Below, one piece after another: positions 54,171 to 64,000 of a stretch of 64,000 nt of DNA; position 1 is the first letter of the stretch, and each line of letters begins with the position of its first letter. Source of the stretch: Bugula neritina (Eukaryota; Animalia; Bryozoa); contig OZ037766.1 in assembly GCA_964035545.1 (NCBI GenBank), positions 19,084,767-19,148,766 of the forward strand, given 5' to 3'. Below the pieces are notes generated by a model. It was not told the origin of the DNA. It searched no databases and saw only the letters and a program-made list of their open reading frames with translations. The translations under genes were made by a program, and so were the position numbers.

Positions 54171-57100
54171 TGTTTATGTCAGTGAGTATTCCAATGTTTT
54201 GTAATTGTTATTGTAATTGTTTGTGAATAAACAAATATTGAGATAAGGAAGTTTGGATTAGTTTCGAGTGGTAAGTAATTTTTAATCGGTCTCAAACCAT
54301 AAGCCAGAGAATGTACTACAAACACACAATAAAGTAATATTAGTATAAGTAATGCTTAGACACAAAAAGATTATATAACCAGAGTACAGTAAGTACTATA
54401 ACGTATGCTACAGAGTATTGTAGTGAATTTTGCCAGTTCACTATTATTATTTGTGGGTCTACTTAATCAAAGCCACTGCGACAGGTTGTTTACGATAAGA
54501 TATTTTATTATTTACACAAATATAAGAAGGTTATTTACTGCTAGCATGAATGGAAAACGATTACATAATTAGTGAGCTTTAATACACAACTGTTCTAAAT
54601 GAAGTCCCAAGCTGCTCTGCCGGCTAGCTACTCAGCGTACTGCCACTACAAGTAGCTAGCTCCACCTGCTATCAATTAGTGTCACTGTCCTGATTGGTGG
54701 CTACTAATGGTGCCACTACTGTCCATAGTTACACTCCGACAGTGTCGAACTCCAAGATACATAAAACAATATAGAGTAAACCTTTTCGATTAATACAATA
54801 ATACTTGCACCACTAAAATCTACCACAGTATACACATAATACAAATTAATATAATAACATTGTGACAATAGAATGATGATGGGGAGGCTAAACATATCAG
54901 CGTGTTGGGTTATAACAGTTATAGGTTGAATCGCTACGGAGTATTAGTATTAAGTATTTAGCCGATAGCTTGAAGTCTAAGTCAATTGTCAGACGCCATC
55001 ATCAACATCTCCTTTTCTTTTACAAAAGTTGGTATAAGTTTGAGAATGTAATGAATGGATTATAATTGAGCAGGTCAATATAATTTTAGTAGCTAAAGGG
55101 TTGATACGGTAAAAGCTTAGTTAGTCCAGATCATTAGCTACTCCAACACATAGTCTTGGTATTTTGGTGGCATTTTCCTTTCTCTCAATGGGCGGGTGTG
55201 TATGTTTAATCGCTCTAGATTTTGATCAGGGTCAGATTTGTTTAGAGTGTCATCTGGTGGATTAGGTGGTTGTTCCTCAGTAGAATTGGTTGGTGTAATT
55301 ACTGGCTGGACATCGGCGGTTGTAGGTAGTTGTTCTCTGGGTAGCTGTTGTAGGTCTGTCCGGGTTCGTCTGATAATGTTTCCAGTTTCTTCATTAGGCG
55401 TTGAGTAAGATCTGTCTGAGGGTATATCCAAAACTTTGCCTCGGTTCCACTTGTTCTTTATGTTGGCTGTGTCTCTGATAAGCACAGGTAAACCCGTTGT
55501 TAGCGGCATGAGGTCTTTAGCAGACTTGTTGTAGCTCTTTTGCGTGATGAGTTTCTTTGCAGCTTTTTCTCTGAGGGCGTTTTCATTTTGTGTTTGTTTG
55601 GAGATGCTGTGACCAGTAAGCAACAGTGAGCGTGTAGGTCTTCCGAGGATCCGTTCTATTGGACTCGAAGACATGCCAGCTGTTGGAGTGTTTCTAAGTT
55701 CCAGTAAGGCCAAAAAAGGGTCTTTGGATCTCCGAAATAGTCTCTTCATAACTTTGACTGCTGCTTCAGCCTTCCCATTGGATTGTGGGTGTCTTGGAGA
55801 ACTAGTCGTATGGTGAAAACCCCATTCTTTACGGAACTGTGTGTGTTCTGAGGAGGTGAATTGTGGGCCATTGTCTGAATGAACCACTTCGGGGATTCCA
55901 AATCTGGCAAAAACTCTTTTGCTGGCTTTGATGACAGCTTTTGAAGTTGCTTCCTTTAATCCTTCGCATTCAAAAAAGTCACTGAAGTAGTTTACAATTA
56001 TCAAGTAGTCTTGCTGTTTGAAAGAAAACAAATCCATTGCAACTTTGCACCATGGGATTGCTGGTATATCATGGTGTTGAATAGTTTCTTTCGGTTGACT
56101 AGGGGCATCATATTCGCAAGCTACACACTGATTAATGTGACAGGTGATATCATTTGACATTTGTGGCCAGTATACACAAGACCGTGCTCTTCCAAGGGTA
56201 GCTGCTGTTCCTTGATGGCTGAGATGTAATTTATTCAGTATGACTGGTCTGTAGGATTTTGGAATTACTAATTGAGGTCCTCGATAGATGACTCCATCTA
56301 AAGTTGCTAGCTCATCTTCAACATGGTAGAATGCTCGCAAGTCTTCTGGTAGCTCAGCTGGCTTTACGGGCCATCCTTTGACAATTAATTGTTGGATTGC
56401 TTGGAGTACGTGGTCTCCAAGAGTAGCATCTTTGATATCTTGGTAGGTAGGGTTAGACACTGGTAAGTCCTCCTGTGGATTGGTGATGTCTAGATCAGAA
56501 AGGAAGGACGCTATTTGAAATATCTGATCTACTGGAGTATTTCCTTCCTCGGCTATCTCAGTGGGCGACCTTGACAGCATGTCTGCAGTGACCTGTTGTG
56601 CTCCCGGTCTATGTTCAATCTTGGCTGGGTATGGCTGAAGGGCTAGCATCATTGCTTGCAATCTTTTGGGAGCCCGGAGCAAAGACTTTCTGAAAATTGG
56701 TATCAATGGTTCATGGTCGGTGTGTATAGTTATATTAGGATTGCCGAACACATACTGATCAAATCTTGTCATTGCAAATACAATGGCTAGTAGTTCAAGC
56801 TCAATAGGAGCATAATTTTTTTCACTTTCTGAGAGACTTCTTGATGCGTAAGCGATTGGTCTGCCACCTTGTATTAGGGCTACCCCTAGTCCTTCAGTAG
56901 AGACATCCGCTTGTACAATTACCGGCTTGTTAACCTTCAAATATTGTAGGGTAACATCTTCCACCGCCAATTGTTTGAGCTTTTTAAATGCCCTTTCTTG
57001 GTCTTCTCCCCAGCTGAAATCGACTTTTGTCGTCCCAATGAGTCTTTGTAGAGGTTCTGTTTTGGCTGAACAGCTGGGAATAATCTTTGACAGGTAGTTA

Positions 57101-57947
57101 ATGTGACCTAGGAACCTGCGAATTTCCTTTCCGTCAGTTGGTGTGTTCATGTCCTGGATTGCGCTGGTTCTCTTAGGGTCTTTCTTCACACCCTCGCTTG
57201 AAATGATGTGGCCAATGTATTGTAGTTTGCTCAAGAGAAATCTGCATTTGTTTTTATTTAGTTTCAGGTTTGTTTCCCGCGCCCTCTCAAAAAGATTCCT
57301 CAGATTGTTGTTGTGATCTAGTCGGGCTTCTTCCATAGTGGCCCCCTTACCATATACAAGGATGTTGTTAGCCACTATCATGGTCCCGTCTAAGCCTGCC
57401 AGAGCGTCTGATAGCCGGCGCTGAAATTCCTCTGGGCTTGAAGATAAGCCAAACGGCATCCGTAACCACTTGTACTTACGTACGGCGTCCAGAACATAGT
57501 GAGGTCACTTGATTCACTGTCCAGCTTGATTTGAAGGAAACCATCCTTTGCATCACATAGCGAAATAATTTTGGCTCCATCTAATTCTGGCAGTACATCT
57601 TCCAATGTGGGCATTGGATAGTGGTTCCTCTTTATGGACTTGTTTAAGTTGGCAGGGTCAATACATACTGGGAGCTTTCCATTGGGCTTTCTTTGGGCCA
57701 GTGTGTTGCTGATCCAGGGGGTTGGATAATCTACTTTGGCTATAATCTTGTTGTCGGCCAACGATTCCAGTTTGTCTTTTAGGTCCTTTCTCATCGATAA
57801 GGCCACTTTTCTGTTGATTGATTGAGTGGGGGACACATTAGGGTCTACTTCAATGCGATATTCTCCCGGGAGACAACCAACACCCTCAAAAATCAACCCA
57901 TATTCTTGGATGAGCTGATCTACATCTCTGTGTTCAGGTGGTGATAT
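54171..57947 (-). mobile_element. Gypsy element D (3' LTR 54171-55007, PPT, pol), cut by Gypsy C
   Basis: LTR termini TGTTTATG / CATCAACA (7/8 inverted); PPT AAAGAAAAGGAGA on the - strand at 55008-55020; the RTE reading frame stops at the LTR boundary. Confidence 0.85.
55138..57896 (-). pseudogene. pol: Gypsy D pol (RT-RNase H-integrase), inactivated
   Basis: CIDPANLNK, DAKDGFLQ, MPFGLSSSPE, AYASRSL, TDH, SDNGPQF, SNGKAEAAV; RT catalytic ADD mutated to ANN; frameshift near 57480. Confidence 0.92.
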
Positions 57948-58244
57948 TGTAATGGATTTTCACCCTCTATTAGTTTTGGAGTAACTGCGTAAGTCAGATT
58001 ATAATTACTGTTGCGTATCGTTTTGAATGATGTAATTTTAGCTAGTTGGGCTAGCTTTCTAATGCTTTATTATTGTGATTGTTGTTAAAGCTTTCAGTAT
58101 AATGTAATTTTCATGAAATACGCATTCCAGAGTTATTTTCTCTTTTTGCTATTTTATCGTTTTGCATTAATACTGATACTGGAAATTTGTGTGGCTTTTA
58201 TGAATGCCTTCAATAGGTTGGCCTATTGAATTATTCATTCTCCT

Positions 58245-59000
58245 CACAGGATAGTTAAGGGCAACCTTTTAGCTGCAACTGCCTTGCTGAGGTTTGCATT
58301 GTAATCATATAAGAATTCAGTACCAGTAAAATAAAATCTCACCTAATTGTGCTAGAGTCAAAATTTAAAAACTTTGTTGTAGATCTTTTTTTTCTCCAGT
58401 GTACATTTTTTGGAAATTTCAATTTTCAATTTTTCTGCAAAGTTATAGACAAAAAACTTCCCAATTTTGGCCAATTTTGCCTGAAAAGCTGACTTTTCAG
58501 TACCAGTAAAATATCTCAGCAGCAAAGCATGATATCTGAATAAAAATTGCACTGCTGGAATCCTAAGATTTTTCTCCAGTGTAACTTTTTTCTTTTTTCA
58601 ATAACTCTTTTAGATTGCCCATAAATTGGTGATTTATGCACTGAAAATGCCATATTTTTTTCATAGTAAATTAGCAGCGCGCAGTGCTTCACGCTTCAAT
58701 GAGCACGTAGGGATGTGAAGATATTGGCGCGTACATGCTAATTACAGGCTTGCTAGCTGGCAGACTATAATGAATAGCTTGCTTTGTACTTTGTTTATGT
58801 AGCACCTATAATGGAATTTTGATAGATAACGCAGCCCTAATAAAGGTTGCTGCTTATTGGTTGTAGTTTGATCTTAGGCTAAACAATTGCAAGTAGGCAA
58901 CACGCATGCCACCCGCAGAGTAGTATTATTCGAGAACCTAAACTACATTTTGAGAGAAATTTATGATATTCTTAGTGAGGATGCCCTTAACTATCCTGTG
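58245..59000. mobile_element. CACTA-like MITE (756 bp) inside the Gypsy C 5' LTR
   Basis: 19-bp perfect TIR CACAGGATAGTTAAGGGCA; 2-bp TSD CT; internal ~180-bp direct repeat (TTCAGTACCAGTAAAATA at 58316 and 58496). Confidence 0.88.
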
Positions 59001-59258
59001 CTTTGTCTACTTTTCTTTTGTGTCTGTCAAGCTTAACTTTCTTTTGTCTGTTAGAACATTCTAGATGTGAATTCTTGTGTATAAAAGCAGGCGAGTTTCC
59101 AGTGTAGATTCAGACTACTACTGGAGCTCGCTGGTAGTAGGACCCTAAGCTGTATCTGATACAATAAAAATTATCTTTCATTTGTACTCAAATACTTGGC
59201 TTATTCTTTCTAGAGCATGTAGGCACTAGTTGCATTCAGAACCCACAGTTTACTACAT

Positions 59259-59277
59259 TGGTGGCAGCGGTGGGATT
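59259..59277 (+). promoter_or_regulatory. Primer-binding site complementary to the 3' end of tRNA-Leu
   Basis: TGGTGGCAGCGGTGGGATT is the reverse complement of the metazoan tRNA-Leu(AAG/UAG) end AATCCCACCGCTGCCA-CCA (recalled, not searched); 1 nt after the LTR's CA. Confidence 0.85.
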
Positions 59278-59290
59278 TACGAATAACTAG

Positions 59291-62200
59291 TTGCTGAGCG
59301 GCACACAATGGCCCCAGGGGACTCAGCCCCTGAGGCAGCGGGAACACCAACCCCCCACTGTTGAGGCGTTGGTCACAGTCCTCCAGGGATTGCGGGGGCA
59401 AAGTCAGGCATCACCTGGTGACAGGTATTGCCTCCAGCTCCTGAATTTCGGAGGAGAAGGAGACGTAAAACAGTTCATCAGGGAGTTCGAGGATGTGGCC
59501 ACCATCGCTGAATGGCCAGTGCGGGTGCGCATCCTCCAACTTCGAGCCTGTCTGACCGGCCGAGCCAAGAGCTTCGCTCTTGGGCCTGATGAAGAGCACA
59601 TTATGCGGGCTCTCAGGGCCCGGTTCGGCCTAACAGCCGAAGAAGCAGCTGATCATTTGCAGATGATGAGGAGGGACCGGAGGACTCCTATGGAAGACCA
59701 CGCAAACGAGGTAGAGCGCCTGGCTCAGGCTGCTTTCGGTCACGCCACTGGCAATGACCAGAAGCGCCTCAGTTACAACGCGTTCTTCCAGAGCGTGAAC
59801 CACCCGGACCTGCAGCGATACTGGCTGGCCGCCAAGGTCAGCAGTATAGAAGAAGCGCTGGAAATGGGGAAGGCTTACTTTCAGGTGGAAGAGCCTAGGC
59901 GACCAAGCTATATAGCCCGCTAAGTGGTCGAAGAGGATGAGGAGACCACGCCACTTGCAACCCCACAGGTAGCAGCAGCTGCAACTAAATCACCCGAGCA
60001 GACGCAGCTCACCATGTTGATGGACATGGTGAAAGGCCTGCAGGCTACGGTGACAAAGTTGCAGAGCGACCAGGCGGATAGGCGGGCTCCCCGATCGCGG
60101 GGCAAACCTGTCCGCCCATCTCTGCTAACCTGTTGGGGGTGAGGGGTGCAAGGGCATGTGAGGAGGCACTGCCCTAGAGGCCAAGGGCCTTTAAACACTC
60201 AAAGCTCACGATAACTTCCACCAACCGTAGGCCTCACGCCAATCCCATCCGGGATAGGACTCGGAGAGGAGAAGAAGAGACCTCCACAGGGTCTGCCGAT
60301 ACCGAGTGGCAAAGGCCACGGAGATCTTGGAGACCGCAAGGTCTACCCGATCCTCCGGCCGTGCCACTCGAGACCCGGATGCAGCTAGAAGAAGCAGGAT
60401 GGCAGGCACCTCGGAGATCTCGGAGACCGCAAGGTCTACCCGATCCTCCGGCCTGGCCACTCCGTAACCTGTTCACGGGGTTGCCTGAGGAGGTTGTGGA
60501 GGAGGATTCAGCTTACTCGCAAGAGTACCCCAAGCTACCCTCTCGACCTCAGAAAACCCCCGTTGTCTCTAAGACGAAGAGGAGGCCCGCTGTGCGGAAC
60601 CAAGTTGTGTCTCCCCCAGAGACTGCCCGCTCCAGGAGCACCCAGCTGTAGGGAGCAGCTACTTCCTGCCCGGAAAGATTTCGGGTAAAGCTGCCACATT
60701 CCTACTGGATACTGGGTGCACTACCAACCTGCTGAGTAGGCGTCTCTTTGACACTCTTGGTGCTCGAGAGCAGGCGAGCCTTGAGCCATATGAAGGTGCG
60801 CATGGTACGTTGGCGGACGGATCATGCATTCCTTTCTACGGCGTCATTTCACTGCCTGGACGCGTCCGTGATTAAGCAATTCCTGAGACGTTCATAGTCA
60901 GCCAGCTGAAGGAGGACGCCATCCTGAGAATGCCGTCTCTGGAGAAACACCAGTGTCACATGGATTTCCAGAAGTCAGTGGTGGTGATGGCTGAGAAGGA
61001 ACTTGTCTGTGTTGACAAGTTCGGCAGGCCCTTGGTGGGCGGAGTCCAGGTAGTGCGAGACTGCATGGTTCCGGGGAGATCCCAGGTGACTCTCCGCTGC
61101 AGAGTCAACTGCAAGGGGATCGCCGGCCTGGGGGTAGTTGAGGGAATGCACGGAGCGATTCGACTAGCAAACAGCCTGAATTGGCTAGATTGTCGGCAAG
61201 AGCTCTTCGTGCAGTGCATCAGCCCCTTCACGGAACCTGTTCGATTATTGGCCGGAGCGCTGGTGGGGAAGTACCACTCCATCCAGGAGGCGGATGTGGG
61301 TCCGGCACTAGAGACAGTGGCCAAAACCCAGGAAAACCCCCCTCGCACCAGACGAGGAGCAGTCCCGGAGCATATGGCTGACCTGTATGGTGGAGCATGT
61401 GGAAACTGTACGAGTAGTACTCAACGCCAAGTACTGGCTCAACTACTTGCGGAGTACAGTGATGTCTTCAGTCGTGGCGATGGACACATGGGGCTGACTA
61501 AGGTGATCTCCCACGAGATACCCCTGGCAGCCGGCACCACTGCCATCAGGCAGCCTACCTGGCGTCTAGGCCCGGAGAAGGAGAAGGAGGTGTGCCGACA
61601 GGTACAGGATCTTCTCGACCGGGATCTGATTGAGCCTGCCCACGATGCGTGGAGCTCTCCAGTAGTCCTGGTCAAGAAGAAGGATGGTAGCTGGAGATTC
61701 TGCGTGGACTACCGCAGACTCAACAGCGTAACCATCCAAGACGCCTACCCTCTCCCATGGATAGATGAGTCTCTGGATGCCCTCACGGGTAGCAAGTACT
61801 TCAGTACTTTGGATCTGCTTAGCGGGTACTGGCAGGTACCCCTCAGTCCTGACGCCCAGGAAAAAGCAGCATTCATCACTCGCGACGGGCTCTGGAAGTG
61901 GAAAGTACTGCCATTTGGACTAACGTCCGCCCCGGCAACTTTCCAACGACTCATGGAGCAGGTCCTCAGTGGATTACACTGGAAGACCCGCCTCATCTAT
62001 CTGGACGACGTCATTGTAATCTCCCCAGACTTTTCGACTCATGTCAGTTGTCTGCGGGAGGTCTTTGACCGTCTCCGGGCAGCTGGACTAAAGCTGAAGC
62101 CCTCCAAGTATGCACTCCTGCAGCCGGAAGTCACGTACCTGGGCCATGTGGTGGGCCGTGATGGGGTCGCTACCGACCCGGAGAAGGTACAGGCTGTGAA

Positions 62201-64000
62201 GGAGTGGGCTGTCCCCCGTGACCTCCCTGAGTTGCGCGCATTCCTGGGCCTAGTAGGGTACTACCGCCAGTACATACCTGGCTTCGCAGGAGTGGCTCAG
62301 CCGTTAAATTGGCTGACCGCAAAGAGGGTCCGGTGGCAGTGGACGTAGGAGGAGCAGCAGGCATTCGACCACCTCAAGTAACGGCTAATGGAGGCGCCAA
62401 TTCTGGCATATCCTGATCCAGCCAAGGAGTACATCCTGGACACCAACGCCAGCGACCACAGTGTTGGAGCTGTCCTGTCTCAAGTTCAGAGTGGGAGTGA
62501 GGTGGTCGTGGCTTACTACAGCAAGACTCTCGCGGCCGCCGAGAAGAACTGCTGCACCACTAGGAAGGAACTCTTAGCAGTAGTCAAGGCGGTCAAGCAC
62601 TTTCGGCCATATCTGTATGGGAGAACGTTTCGTTTGCGAACAGACCATGCATCACTGATATGGCTGTGTAAACGTGCGGAGCACTCGAGCCAGGTAGCTC
62701 GTTGGCCAGATATTCTTGCCGAGTTCTCTTACCGGATAGAGCACCGTGCTGGCCGGAAGCACGGGAACGCCGACGGCATGAGCCGCCGGCCGGTAGAGGA
62801 CTGTAAGCAATGCCTACACATTGAGAAGCGGGACGGGGGACCCGCTCGCCTTGACGTGGAAACAGAGTTAGGGGAGGGCGCCGTCTATCGGTGGGAGCAC
62901 GGCCATCTTCGGACCGAAACTCACTCAGACGACGTCCAGGCGCTCCACGCCAACCCCACTCTGTACCAGAATGTCAAGGAGCTGTCCCGACTCCAGGAGA
63001 CGCTACCCGGCGCGGTAGCGGACATTTTCCGGGCCAAGAAGGAGGGCCGACGACCTAGCGAGGAACAGCAGCGGCAGGGAGACGTTGAGTTCCAACTCCT
63101 CTGTCGTCGCTGGGATGCCCTCAAGGTCAGTCCTGATGGCCTCCTGATGATAACGTTAGCAGCAGACAACCGTCAGCAGGAGAGAGACCGCGCCGTCTGT
63201 CCACGCGCCCTTCGACGGGAACTGATTTGGGACACCCATAAGCAGGCTCATTCTGGAGTCAGTTGGGTCATCAGGTGTCTGCGGCTGCTTTGGTATTGGC
63301 CCGGAATGACTCGAGACGTACGACTGCGGGTACGGCAATGCGAGGTCTGCCAAGCTAGCAAGCATTGCCGCCCCACGGAAACCACTGGTCGACGCCGGCT
63401 ATATGCTGGTTGACCGTGGCAAGTAGTGGCGGTAGACCTTGTCGAGCCTATGCCGTTATCTGCCAGAGGGAACACCTGGATACTGGTGCTCACGGACCAC
63501 TTTACCCAGTGGGCAGATGCTCTGGCTATTCCAGACGCAACAGCCCCACGGTGGCCCGGACCCTGAACCAACATGTGTTCTGTTACCTCAGTTTACCCGA
63601 GCAGATACATACGGACCAGGGTGCCCAGTTCCAGTCCCAGCTCATGAGAGACCTCTGCCGGATATGGGGGGTGAACCAGAATCGGACCACCCCATATTAC
63701 CCGCAAGGGAACGGAGTCGTCGAGCGGAACAACAGGATGTTGGGGGACGCCCTCAGGAGCCTGCTCCTTGGTTGAGGTCAGGAAGAATAGGACGTGGTGC
63801 TGCCGCAAATCATGTGGGCTTACCGCAGCACACCACACTCCGCCACGCAGGAGACCCCAAACTTCCTGATGCTAGGCCGAGAGACGCGGGTTCCGGAACA
63901 CCTGACATACCATGTTCCTGCCCGCGAGTCACCGGTACACGAATACGTGGAGGGTCTGATAGACATCATGGGCAAAGCTCATGATGCACTGCGTACCCAG
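59291..64000 (+). pseudogene. gag-pol: Gypsy C gag-pol, disrupted by multiple stops and frameshifts
   Basis: Broken knuckle CWG*GVQGHVRRHC; FLLDTGC; WRFCVDYRRLN, LDLLSGYWQ, YLDD; TDHASL; HTDQGAQF, GNGVVER. Stops at 59921, 60140, 60873, 62346, 62379, 63411, 63773 and 63788. Confidence 0.93.

Larger units (their letters stand above)
57948..64000 (+). mobile_element. Gypsy element C (5' LTR 57948-59257, PBS, gag, pol), runs off the right window edge
   Basis: TGTAATGG...TACTACA LTR homologous to 44075-44580; PBS follows; gag, PR (LLDTG), RT (YLDD), RH and IN in order. Confidence 0.93.

Overview
Eukaryotic (most likely invertebrate animal) heterochromatin-like window with no recognisable host gene. 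Bases 1-~32073 are a strand-asymmetric satellite of 10-bp monomers (ACTG[C/A/T]AA[C/T]A[T/C]). It is organised into near-identical 3764/3814-bp higher-order repeats (1-~19.5 kb) that decay towards the edge, and is interrupted once by a 749-bp solo LTR. The many Cys/Tyr/Val-rich ORFs there are artefacts of the repeat. Bases ~32074-64000 are nested transposable elements that can be resolved by target-site duplications (TSDs). Stack 1: degenerate Gypsy A < CR1/L2-group LINE < ~0.85-kb foldback element < intact 4.5-kb Mag-like Gypsy B (1350-aa gag-pol, 145-bp LTRs). Next comes a second foldback carrying an internally deleted LTR element, then an (AT)n tract containing a complete type I hammerhead ribozyme motif (Penelope-like). 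Stack 2: RTE LINE (split by a CACTA-like element) < Gypsy D (- strand) < Gypsy C (tRNA-Leu PBS, candidate -1 frameshift site) < CACTA-like MITE in its LTR. Everything was read by eye; family names rest on motifs, not database searches.
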